Shown: positions 14,171 to 26,665 of the stretch, piece by piece
Layout of the letters: each line of letters starts with the position of its first letter
Position numbering within the stretch: the stretch's first letter is position 1
NCBI RefSeq assembly: GCF_001194135.2
Contig: NC_068984.1
Location: 68,989,670-69,045,451, forward strand
Direction: 5' to 3'
DNA: 55,782 bases
DNA from: Octopus bimaculoides
Lineage: Eukaryota
Made by a program: the position numbers and the translations under genes
The notes under the pieces: generated by a model
Databases searched by the model: none
Told to the model about the DNA's origin: nothing
Seen by the model: only the letters and a program-made list of their open reading frames with translations

Positions 14171-15304
14171 TGATTCAGTTTACCAGGAAATTATAAATGC
14201 TCGAAAATGTTTACACAAAATATCTGAAACCATAGATTAATCTTTGAGTCGAAGTGGAAGGAAAAATCTTTAGCCAGGCTATTAAATGTAGAATAGACGA
14301 TCTAATAGGAGCCCGTATCTCACAAAGCAATAGACTATAGCTGTAAAGTTCAAGTACACGAAATAAAAGAAATTTACTGGTTCTCATCTTCTAGATTTGG
14401 TACAGAAATATTATTACTATTTTACTCTGCTTGGAGTTCGCATAGATACGACACTGGAATTTTTGCTATTACTTTCTAAACTACATAATAATAAAAATAA
14501 CTGGTTTAAAAACAAAAATGGAAGAAGCAACAATATCAGGTGTAATCAAGAGTAAATGAATATACCAGTGTGCGTATGGCTCGATATGCTTGAATCCATA
14601 ACATGGTTTTATAAATATATCTTTACAAGTATCAGTAATAGCCAGTTCCTGTGATGCCGACTGAAATATTTTGTTGTGAGCATATAGCTACTTAAAGACA
14701 CAGATTCACATAACGGACACTACATGTTTTAGCGCTAGCATATATTGACCACTTTAAAGTTTACGCATGTAGACTACATAATATCTACTCTATATGTGTG
14801 TGTGTGTGCGTGTGTATGTGTATACACACACATATATATAAGCATATATTTATATATATATGTACACACACATATATATATATATACACACATACATATA
14901 TATTCGTGAGTATGTATGTGTATATATATATATATATGTGTGTATGTATATATCTATATAGATAGATAGATACACATACATAGATATATGTATATGTATG
15001 CATATACCTATGTATGTATTTATTTTTGCATGTATACATACATACATACTTATCTATATATGTATATATATAAGTGTGAGACAAGCAAATAAATTGCATC
15101 AGAATGATAAATGTTTTGTATATTCCTAATGTCTGTCAAGAGAATTGAAGTAGTTATAAACTAAAAGTATAAATAAAACTTCCTTATAGTTAGAGATAAT
15201 TTAAAAGTTGTGACTTTACTTCTAAACTGCTAATAAAAAGCAATAGGAAGAGGAAAAATAATGAACGGCAATCTAAATAAGTTTAAAAATCTAAACCAAG
15301 TATT

Positions 15305-15335
<31 letters not shown>

Positions 15336-17912
15336 NNNNNNNNNNNNNNNNNNNNNNNNNNNNNNNNNNNNNNNNNNNNNNNNNNNNNNNNNNNNNNNNN
15401 NNNNNNNNNNNNNNNNNNNNNNNNNNNNNNNNNNNNNNNNNNNNNNNNNNNNNNNNNNNNNNNNNNNNNNNNNNNNNNNNNNCGCTTTAAAATATTTTAT
15501 TAGAATTTTCCAAACTTTTGTTGTTTTTCTTTTTCTTTTTCATAAAAGAATGTTTATTGCTAATCTCTGTTACTTTCTATGAAAACCAAATACGCCATGA
15601 CTATGATAAATTATGAAAAAACAGAAAAAACAAGAAAACAAGATGACAGAATCAACTGTTGCAAACAGTCACTTCGACAAAATAAGTACCCGCCATAAAC
15701 TAAGTCCTACGACGTAATATACTATGCTCTCACAAAATGCATGGTTTAGTGCCTGCATGAGATAATATTAGGATAAACTAGAGATAGACAAAAGTAGTCA
15801 TTGTGAAAGAAGCGACAAAACACTCCAGTGTATAATTCTTAAAAAAATTCTCACAATATTTTGTGAAACATTCTTTGCCTCTCGTTATTAAACAATAATC
15901 TCTCATTAATAAATAATGATCTCAGCTTGCACCATTATAATTTAATTCATCTCTCTAATCAGTGTGTAAGTGATGCCATGTTCAAAATAACTACATTTAT
16001 TTTCCTACAATAAATCTGAATGTCCAGTGATTCAACGAATATAAAGATTTTGATAGTGTGAAGATTTTGCCAATAAATAACATGCCATACGAGAATGGAC
16101 AGTTTCATTCTGGACTGTATGATGAGGATTACATTTTCCTTTTTAGAGACTAAAGTCGAGTGATCAAGGAGTTGTGACATTGATGTTTCGTTTTCTATCC
16201 TCGGCACTGAGGCTCCAGGGCAATCGGATGATTGCTTCAAATTGCTGTAAATATCTATTGCTTAGTAATGACAACACACTACTAAAGAAACTGGGGAGGT
16301 TGTTTGCCTGTGGTGCTGTTTTAAATTCTTCTATAGGGAAAGTCGCAGCTTGAAAGCATTTATGCAATCTCATGACCTGTCAAAATTAGCAGCCTAATTG
16401 CATTGCTACCGTCTAAGCAAAAAGAAAATGTCGTCTTAGGTATATAAAAAGAGATGATCAGTTATGGCTACTCAGTTGTTGGTAATCTAGGGTTAAACGA
16501 CAGCAGAATCGACACCACCAACGACAACCCTTTTCTTGCCCCCTTCTCTTCCTCCACCTCCTCCACCACCACTACCTCCTCCTCCTCCTACTACTACTAC
16601 TTCCTCTCCAGGAGAAACTTACCTGTCATCTGCTTAACGCTGCAAGAAGAACTTGAGTTAAGCACCGTTTTTCATATCAATACTGGGAATAGTAAAGGAT
16701 AAAGGTTCTCTTTTCGTTCTAAAGTGTATGTATGATAACCATGCAAGGTTGACATATTTAAAAATGCTTTAACCTTTGTAGAGAATGTAATGGATGGTAA
16801 TAGATGTGTGTTAATGATCAGTCAAGGGTGCAATGATTTAGGATCTGTTTTTCTTGTCATGTATAGTGTTTTATTATTTTTATTTTCCTACTGTTGAAGA
16901 TGATTGAACTCCCAGAACCCTATTACTGGGTGAAACAGGGTCCCTGATTATGAAAAATATAGATGCATGCTGGAGAAGTGTTGAGTTGTATGTTGACAAA
17001 AGAAAAATGTGACGCCACCTTCGTAAGAGATTATTCAATTAGAAATAACCGCAACTTAGTCAGTCAGATGTGTAAATACACAACAGAGTGAAATGAATAA
17101 CCTTACTCTGCTTCACATAAAACAGACAAAAAAGATTTAATTGGTTACCCTTCAAAAGCCAAAGAAAAAAAAATCATCAAATACTATTTAAAAAAAGTTC
17201 CTTGACATTTCTTTGAACAAGAATCAAACATCTTATTTATATAGTGAATTTTATACCAACGTTTAACTAGTCACTAATCTCATTAAATATGTATTGTTTT
17301 CTCCTTCAGCGTTAGAGCAAAATAGCATCAATGCGTATGTATGTATGAGGAGGTGTAATTGAAAATTTAACGGAAATTTAGTTCATTTTTATGTCTTTAC
17401 AAAAGATAAAGCTACTGACTGAGTGCAACCAACAAGTATGACATCTAAACATTTGTTATTGAAGTACAATTATTCAGAATTAAAATAATGATTTACATTG
17501 ATGAAAGAACATTAAAAAATGTTCAATACTTCTAAGATATTGTCTTTCTGTCAACTGTTTTGAATCATCCGTATTTTCTTTTTCAATCCAATTGATAGTC
17601 ATATTATGGTTTTTGTGCTTTTACCATCATTTTATTATTTCTCTATGGTTCTTAACATGAAACAAATAGATTATGATTGAAGTGAAATTTAAAGATAACT
17701 TTCAAATCAATGAACTGTATGTTTTAAGACACTAATTTTGTTGTGTTTGAAAAATGAAACAGTTTGATTTGATAAGTCTGTATCACTCTCAAGGCGAAAG
17801 CATCTCCTCACGATTTAAACTAACAAAACTCACAGCCTGATCTGATAATGTCAATTTCCTTACCCTAAAATAATGCATCACATAGTTATCCCCTGTCTAC
17901 CTATTATTTCTT

Positions 17913-17965
<53 letters not shown>

Positions 17966-19883
17966 TTCCTTTCCTCTCTCATTATATTTGGAAAAATGTA
18001 ATAGAATGTAACATCCCGAAGACTGGAACACACTGTATTGCGTTTCCAAATTACTGATCCACCATTTTCACACGAAACATCTCAATAGAGATAGATACAG
18101 TTGTTTACAAAAACATTCTGCAATATATTCTATCCCATTTTGTTATTAATTATCGTCAGTGCAGATTTCGTAGAAACATGATCTGCTGGGCGCTTGTGAA
18201 TAAGTTCATATGTATAATATTGTTCATACTGACAGTCTTAACAATATCATTCACATTAGCGTAACTTACCAGTACATTTTCACCTTCGGCAAACTGGTGG
18301 AAAACAGAGTTTTGGACTTGACTTCAGTATAGCATTCGACTGTATCTGACGCATGAATTCTTTTGCAAAACTAGCGACCGGTAAATTTCATGTCTTCTTG
18401 TTAAAGACTTTTGTCCGATCAGACCATTACGGCAAATTTTGGAACTTAGTCTGACCCATACTCAAGCAACTCAGAAACACAAACGGAATATATGATATAG
18501 AGAAATGTTGGGTAAACATCATAAGCGAACGTGGATCATACTTTGATTAAATAAATTAGTTCTCTAACACTCCTAAAACATCTTATTGTTACCTTTCATA
18601 TACGACATTTCATGTGAAACAACCTAATATATTATTGTATGTATGTATGAATGTATGTATGTATGTATGTATGTATGTATGTATATAAGCACACACACGC
18701 AACATACATGCATGCAAACTTAATTGGTCCATGAATTTCACAAAGGAAGTCATTGGACTAGCAGAATTTTACTTTATTGAAATTGGTAAGTGAAAATATA
18801 ACATTATACTATTAGGAAAGTGAATGAGTTAACAAAAGTCAATAGTTCTAGCATGTTGATGTTAAATGTAAATGAAACTCAAAGAAAGCGGTAGCTGGTC
18901 ATCAGTTTAATTTATTTTCAATGCCAAAGAACAATGATTGTTTAAATGATAATTTGTGTAGTATTTCTGAACATTTATTTATTATCATGCTACAAATAAG
19001 ATTCACGCTTAAGTGCTTCTGAATTGAAACCGATATATCAGCATTATTAATTGTCAATCTATTCTCAACGATTATCTGTAATCTTTTCACATCTAACTTG
19101 ACCTCATCCATGTGAGTTGCTATATTTTAAAAAAATGTATTATTTATGAAAAGGAAAGTGGGGCCATATTAAATATATCAGATGAAATATTACAAAAATT
19201 ATGAAAGAATTAACTACTAGGATATTCAATATGGGACTGCTTCTCTTTTCTATTTATAATTAATGTTGATAATGTCTCACATCGGGAAAATTGTTTATTC
19301 AATCTAAATCTGAATGATTTCTCAAACAGGCAAGTTGATTAGCACAATTAATAGAACGTCGGATAGACAACAGTGTCATGAGATTGGCAGAATTTGTTAC
19401 ACCTCTTACATCCAGGTTTCGAATCGCATCAAAATTGTTGTTACTGTCCATCTTTCCACGAGCGGGAAGATAATTTCTAACGAGTCAAGTAATTGGAGTT
19501 AATTTGAATATAAGCCTTTCATAAAATAAAGAAAAAGAAAGCTAAGATGTTGTACCTACGTTAGAAATCAATATTTCTCATTAAAGGGATAGCAGGCATG
19601 CCGTTATAATAACAATGTCTAAATTTCATTTTTATTGCGTGTCCACTAGTACACATTTTACAATTTCCAAACAACACAATCTTCGTCTTGTTAAAATATA
19701 ATGAACATTTCTCCACATAAACACCATCATTTTAATTTTTACATTTTTCGCGTAAGTAACTCCAAAAGATTGTAATATTTCCATAAAAGAAAAATTTATT
19801 ATTTGTAATGTCTGTAATTAGGTCATATTTTGGTGTTTCTGAAATTCTGTACATGTCCTTTATGTACAAAATGAACTGTGTAC

Positions 19884-20095
19884 GTAACCTAAGCTAAAGC
19901 ATGCAGCGTAATGTTGCTAGTCCCAGATTGACCTTCATCTCTGTTGTGCAAGTGCACTAAGTTTTAATGTCCTAGTTCACTTCTGCTGTTTACAACAGTG
20001 CTTGGAATAAAGCTGGGTAGCGTGTGATAATCGCATTGACCATCACACAGCATCTGCATCAAATTTTGCCAAAAGCTTGGTGATACCTGCCTACG
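19884..20095 (+). mobile_element. 5' fragment of a mariner, inverted relative to the adjacent copy
   Basis: SICIKFCQKLGDTC on the plus strand; the upstream non-coding sequence aligns to the reverse complement of 20492-20676. Confidence 0.8.
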
Positions 20096-20097
20096 CA

Positions 20098-20725
20098 GAA
20101 TTTTCAAAAGGTTTTCATCCTCCTCGACACAATCAAGATCTTGTCCAACTTAAAGCTGAGCAACTTTTTTGTCACCCGAAAGCAGTTTTGGCACAAACTG
20201 TGTGGACACGCGTCTCATACCCAAATCTTCTGTAATAATGGACTGAACTGAACAGTAACTAATCCACACATCCTATGATAACTCACAGATGGCGATTCGA
20301 CGATTTCCCCTGACAGCTGCACGCACATCTGCACTGTTTTCTCAGTTCTGCTGTTAGGGGGTTCTCCCAGAACGTTCGTCAATATCGACACTTTATCAAC
20401 CATGTTGGAACCGTTCGAACCACTCGTACACTTGTGTGCAGTTCGTATACCCCTCTCCATACACTTTCTGCATCTTTTCGTTGGCCTCTGAGCAGGTATC
20501 ACCATGACAACGTCCTCTGTGTTGGTCAATGTGACCATTACACGCTACACACCTTCCTTCTAAACACTGCTGTAAACAGAACTGAGCTAGAACATTAAAC
20601 TTAGTACGTATGCACTGCAGAGTTGAAGGTCAGCCTTTTCCAAGCGGGTTTACTTTGCGTGCTTTAGCTTCGTTACTATGGCAACAATCTTGATACTTAT
20701 TGATCCTTCAAAGACGCCGCATGTA
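20098..20725 (-). mobile_element. Mariner 5' half (TIR to just before the catalytic domain)
   Basis: Minus strand: TIR-like tacatgcggcgtctttgaagg, then EKMQKVYGEG...QVYEWFERFQHGRQSVDIDERSGRTP...RRITICEL...ITEDLGMRRVSTQFVPKLLS...ENLLKI. Confidence 0.88.
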
Positions 20726-23593
20726 ATATCTTTATATACACGCATACACATACACATACAAATACATACATACATACATATATATATATACATATANNNN
20801 NNNNNNNNNNNNNNNNNNNNNNNNNNNNNNNNNNNNNNNNNNNNNNNNNNNNNNNNNNNNNNNNNNNNNNNNNNNNNNNNNNNNNNNNNNNNNNNNNNNN
20901 NNNNNNNNNNNNNNNNNNNNNNNNNNNNNNNNNNNNNNNNNNNNNNNNNNNNNNNNNNNNNNNNNNNNNNNNNNNNNNNNNNNNNNNNNNNNNNNNNNNN
21001 NNNNNNNNNNNNNNNNNNNNNNNNNNNNNNNNNNNNNNNNNNNNNNNNNNNNNNNNNNNNNNNNNNNNNNNNNNNNNNNNNNNNNNNNNNNNNNNNNNNN
21101 NNNNNNNNNNNNNNNNNNNNNNNNNNNNNNNNNNNNNNNNNNNNNNNNNNNNNNATATATATAAATCAGATGAGTGAAATTAGATCTATATTTAGTTGTT
21201 ACCTGCCCTTTTGATATCTTCTCAACATAATGAGCACAATCCCTCAGATATTGTATCATTTCAGTTTATCAAGTAATATTTGTCATCAAAGGTCTTGAAA
21301 GCTTTTTTGTATCTATAAATACTCTTACAATATCATTTTTTTTCTTTCTGCACTAAGTTGATGAACTCAGTCGCTCCTATGAATTACCTACCTGTAATTA
21401 CGATTGACCATAACAGCACCCAGCAGATTTTCCAACAATATCTCAACATCCTGTAACAGTTGGTTAATGTATGTTTTAGGCGTGAACACATGCAAAACCT
21501 AACAAACGTGGTCGACAAAAGATTACTGAGCAACATGCTCGACACATAGTATGGAAAACAACGCCAATCAGCACCTTTATGTCCAATTTCTTGGAGGTAT
21601 GTAACGCCTAACAATGCGCACTTTACATCTAATAGCAATTGAATTGTGACATCGAAAATAAAAATTTATTGGTCCCTATTGGGGATATAAATGTGAGGTA
21701 GTATAATAGTTTTTGTTATAGAAGTCTACTCACGGAAAGTTAATACGTGGAAGACCTCCTCTTTATGCGTAACAACCTACTGGTCAAAGACCACAGGACA
21801 GCAAGAGGATCAACGGCCATCCAGTGTCATGTATATACGCGTGTTTAAGACTCATGATTCAGCACCTTACCATGGAAGCTTGTGTATTCCATGGAAATGG
21901 TGGGCTAACCTGGAAGTAGCCAAACTCCTGGGAGATTCAACCAAAGCAGACGTTCTAAAACGTAAAAGCCAAATCAAACAGTAATCATTTAAGAAAGCAT
22001 CAATGCTCTAGTACAGATGAATGCATGCAGTGACAAACTGATGCATGGACTATATCCGTTGATTATTATATATCTGCACTGATCATGAGGAAGGACAAAC
22101 TACAAAGTTCAACGGGATTGATTTATTTATCGATTTTTGTTTTTGCTAACGAAACATTGCAGTAATTAGAAGGAACTGCATACCGCTAATACTGACTAAT
22201 ATTACTAAAGTGATATAACCTGGTCATAATTTGTGATATCTCGATGAATTTATCTTTTTCTTTCTCCGTAAAATGCTTTCTTTTTCTAATTAAGTGGAAA
22301 ATTGGGAAAATAACGAAACAAGCCTATATTTTGTAAAATGGGGAATTATCTACAGTTTTATGAAATAGTATAACTTGTTTCAATTTTCGCTTTGCTAGGA
22401 AATGTACCAGTTTGAAATCACAAGCTACAGACTACAATTTTGCAGTCCTTTCAAGGCTTTTTGAGTCGTGTTACAATATCGATTTAATCCAATCAGTCGA
22501 AATTATATATTTGCTAACAGTATCTATTTTCCTTACTTTATTGCTCTACAGAAAATTGAAATCAGATTTATAACCCCTTAATAATCCATAGTCGTTTTTT
22601 CATTGTTTCTCGGCTATTGAATTTTCTGCCAATTTTGGTTCCATACAAGCAATTTATTAAAACAATCATGAACGCTATCCTTATTTATGATCTTATTCTT
22701 ATCAATAAAATACCTATAGTAACTTGAATATCTTGATCCATTTCTAATAATAATGTTTGATACATCCCACAAATGTCGCCTTTTTTATTCTCTAAAATTA
22801 TTTTATGGTAACATACTACCTTACATCTCATAATATTATTCAAATTATTTTCATACATATTTTATACTCCTTTTCTGTCACTTTAATACTATAATTCATG
22901 AATTCTCTATATAGTTTATTTTTCTTTGTGCAGGCATTCTGTAATCCCTTTGAGATTCCTGGATTATCTTTATAATTTTGTTTCCCACTGTCTTCTTTAT
23001 TGGACAGTTTTTGTCATATAGTGATTTAGATATATTTAGGAATGTTTTATAAATATTTCCGTTAACTTTTTTCTATATTATTTTACAATTTTATGATCGT
23101 ATTTAAAAGTGTTCATTGATTTCTGCTTTCCTTTTTATTGTATATATAAAGTTATTAGCATTGTTAACCTGCCTACATATATAATCATATACTACCAAAC
23201 TAACGGATGGTCACTGAAAACATTCAGTAATATCCTGATCATTGCTTGTCGTGCTATTTGTGTATATATAATTTATTTGAATAGCCTAGTGAGATGAAAT
23301 TCTAATTCTATAAGTTTTGGGGATTTTTGGGTACATACTCATGCTAATCCCGTCATTCAACTTGTGCTTACTTGGGTTAAACAAAGAGGAAATTCTCACT
23401 AATAAGCACTAACTTTCGAATTGTCATTGAACACATTTTTTTGTTAATTATTATACCTAGTTGATCTCGTTGTTTCTATTACTCACTCACTCTGTCTTTC
23501 CCGCTTTCTTTCTTTCTGCATATATGTAAACGTGAGTGCTTATATATATTTATATATATATATATATATTTATGCAGACACAGACACCGAGAC

Positions 23594-23595
<2 letters not shown>

Positions 23596-23683
<88 letters not shown>
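23596..23683. repeat. (CA)n(TA)n microsatellite abutting the Penelope ORF
   Basis: Read directly. Confidence 0.95.
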
Positions 23684-23684
<1 letters not shown>

Positions 23685-24256
23685 GGAGAACGCTGAATGT
23701 TAGCTATTCTTCTTCCAAGGACTTTGCCTCTTTAATTAACAGGCACAACGCAAAAACTATTAGGAATAAAGACAGTGCCGGAAATAATCAGGAGAATTGT
23801 AACTCTAAAGACCAAAGTTACTGTCCTTTGGGAGGAAATTGCCTAGAGAATGGAATAGTATATAGAGTTAAGATGCAAATAGATGGCTCACAAACATACA
23901 AGACATATGCAGGTGCCACGGAAAAATCCTTCAAAACAAGGCTATATTCTCATCGAAATTCATTTCGATACCCTGAAAATAGGACAGCAACGAGTTTTGC
24001 TACAAATGTCTGGCAGTTGAAACAAAGTGATACTCGTCCTTTCAAACTCTACTGGACAATCTTGGAAAGATCAGCAACACATAAAAATGGAGCGTATAGA
24101 GGTCCAATGAGGTGCAATTTGTGCCTGACTGAAACATTTTTCAGCCTTTTCCATGATAAATACGTCCTGAATCAAAAGTCGGAACTTTTAAATTCCTTCA
24201 GACACGCCGCGAAGTCGAAAATGTCGAGTGGAAACATACCGTACGGATTACATTGA
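23684..24256 (+). mobile_element. Penelope-like element C-terminal linker plus GIY-YIG endonuclease (Neptune-like), open frame ~190 codons
   Basis: RRTLNVSYSS...HNAK...CNSKDQSYCPLGGNCLENGIVYRV...TYAGATEKSFKTRLYSHRNSF...WQLK...WTILERS...CNLCLTE...LNQKSELL. No stop from 23684 to 24256. Confidence 0.88.
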
Positions 24257-24633
24257 TTTCGCATTTGAATTTTAATTTTTTCCCTTAAAACCGACTCCAA
24301 TTTGTATAACATTCATGTTACGTTTTAGCTTTTCAAGAAAACCTTCGACTGGACACAAACTATATATTTTTATAGACATTATTTTTATTTTATTGTAAAT
24401 TTTACTCTTAAATATACCTTTTATAAACCATATGAAAATGTTTAAAAACATTTTTTTATAAAACGCAATTTCGCCTTTATTGATTTCTAATGCATACCTA
24501 AAAACGAACATGTACCATCGCCCAAAATGTGTTTTAATGATATCGAATATCCAAATAGATTGTTTTAGTTATATTTTTAGTTATTTTATATTTAAAAAAT
24601 TATTATTACTTAATTATTTTACTATCATTGTAT

Positions 24634-25211
24634 TTGTTACCTCCGACTTAGCGAGGGCGGAGGTATTGTTTTCAGTCTTGTTTGTTTGTCCGTGGAAAAG
24701 ATATCTCAAGAACCGCTGGATGGATTCGGGTGAAACTTCCAGGGATGCTTGGCCTCGTGACTGATTAGATTTTGGGATCGATCCGGTACCGGACAAAGAT
24801 TCTGGATTATTTGTTATATTTACTTTACATGATTACGATTTTACGTTAAATTTCATGGCTTTCTCAATTATCTTCCTTTAGGCTGTAATTATTTTGAATT
24901 ATGAATCTGTTAACTTTGGCTTATATTAGATAAGGATAATCCATTTATTACTATTACTAAATTTCCTACAACCACCATCACATTCTATGACTACCATTGG
25001 GATCTATCAGGTACCGAACAAGGATTCTGGATTATTTTTCAGTTTTTTTTTTTACTTCATTTTTGAGAGCGGTCGGATTCATTTTTAGTATTCACGTTTG
25101 TGAAAGCAGTCGAGTTTATTCAGATATTCTCATTTTAAAAATCTCTGGCTAATCATTGAGATGATGTTCTGTTGCCTTGTCGGAGGTTTGCGCTCTCTGA
25201 GTGCCCTTGTT
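24634..25211 (+). mobile_element. Helentron-type non-autonomous element (DINE-1/HINE architecture)
   Basis: 5' acctccgac (24639) with nearby inverted cggaggt (24658-24664), (GTTT)n/gtcc core, matching 3' subterminal gtcggaggt (25179-25187), terminal stem-loop gcgctc-tct-gagtgc (25190-25204), T-rich flanks. Confidence 0.72.
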
Positions 25212-25261
25212 TTCTATTGTTATTATCATTGTTAATAATGTAGCGATGCTGATAGAACATT

Positions 25262-25365
25262 TAGTGAGCTGGACAAAATGTTTAGCGATATTTCGCCGGT
25301 AGCTAAGTTCTGATTTAAATTCTGCCGAAGTCGCCTTTGGCCTTATTCCAGATAAAAATTACTAA
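25262..25365 (+). mobile_element. Degenerate SINE 5' fragment
   Basis: gtgagctggacaaaatgtttagcgatatttcg...aaattctgccgaagtcgcctttg matches 54025-54150. Confidence 0.6.
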
Positions 25366-25593
25366 TATTCAGATTTATGTTACATAAAATAATGTTTTTA
25401 GTACTTTAAATTTTATTTTATAATTGATTTTTACTTAACTCTGTTTAATTCTACACCTCTGAATTTACATTACTTCTTTCCTTCTTTTAACAATTTTTAT
25501 GTTTATATTCAAGACGCTAGCCTCGCAGTTGTGTGAATATATACGAACGCATATATATGTAATGTGTATGTACATAATGTATGTAGGTATATG

Positions 25594-26313
25594 CATCAAG
25601 TCATTAAGAAGGAAATGCCCGATTTTCATATGCACCAAGTTTAGCAGTCGTTAACTCTACTGGTTTATCTTGACAATTCTTTGTTTTACAACATTGAAAT
25701 GCAATTCATGGTGTCTGATTATATAATGAGTCTTCTCTTGTAAATCAACTTTTTGAAGCCATGGATAGATCAAAAACTCGTGTTGTTTATAAATATGAGT
25801 TCCGTCGTGGAACCAATACATCACAGTCAGCTCGAAACATCATTCAGGTTTTTGGTGAAGATGTGGCGAATGAGCTCACTGTACGTCGATGGTTTGAGAA
25901 GTTCCGGTCCGGTGACTTTACTCTTGAAAATCAGCTCCGTAGTCGACTTGAGACCAAGGTGGATAATGATGAGCTGGAAACTGTAGTGGAATCGGATACT
26001 TCTGAAACTACGCGTAAGTTAGCAGCAAGGTTTGATGTTTCGATTCCAACTGTATTGTATAATCTGAAACAAATCGGCAAGTTAAAGAATCCGGACAAGT
26101 AGGTACCACACGAACTGAACGAGCATCAAATAACACGTTGTCTTGAAACTTGCTGTTCTTTGTTGTCACGGCATAAACATGCTATCGATAAAATGGCAAA
26201 ATTGTATTGATAACTTAGGTGCATGCTTTGATTAACTACATTGCTTTTTGTTGAGATAAAGTAAAATAAAGTTGCAGTTCAAAATCGGACATTTCATTCT
26301 TAATGACACGATA
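25594..26313 (+). mobile_element. Cecropia/Hsmar1-like mariner with both TIRs, catalytic domain deleted
   Basis: TIRs gtcattaagaa(g/t)gaaatg(c/t)ccgatttt at both ends. ORF 25761-26102 encodes both HTH regions (YEFRRGTN...TVRRWFEKFRSGDFTLE...HL/NLKQIGK). W of WVPHEL is TAG, followed by deletion to the C-terminus. Confidence 0.92.
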
Positions 26314-26335
26314 TATACGTATACATATTCCGTCA

Positions 26336-26665
26336 AAGAAATATGTGGATCTCACAGAGGGACGTTTTAAAGCCAGATTCAAGAATCACACCTGAAGCTT
26401 CAGCCACAGGGATAAAAGGAAAACAAACAAATTATCCAATTATATATAGTCCTTAAAAGAAAAAGTTGTCACCTATAAGATCCACTGGAAGATCTTAACC
26501 AAGTGTAAGCCCTACACCAACGGCAGCGGAAAGTGCGGTCTTTGCGATGTGGAAAGATGTCTTATCTGGAAGAGTTCTTTAGACCCTGATACATGTCTAA
26601 ATTCAAGAACTGAACATTTTGGGTCATGTCCAGATATAGCAAAATATTTGCTACGTTTTGGACAT
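26336..26665 (+). mobile_element. Second Penelope-like GIY-YIG fragment (two stops)
   Basis: KKYVDLTEGRFKARFKNHT*SF...LSNYI*SLKEK...IHWKILTKCKPYTNGSGKCGLCDVERCLI...LNSRTEHFGSC, collinear with the 23684 ORF. Confidence 0.82.

Noticed and set aside
15959-16380. Overlapping ORFs in a slightly GC-richer block with possible splice acceptors on both strands
   Set aside because: No recognisable domain in any frame and no convincing donor; left unresolved.
21692-21733. let-7-like start tgaggtagta in a weak hairpin
   Set aside because: Matches let-7 for only 10 nt, and the fold needs a 5-nt asymmetric bulge.
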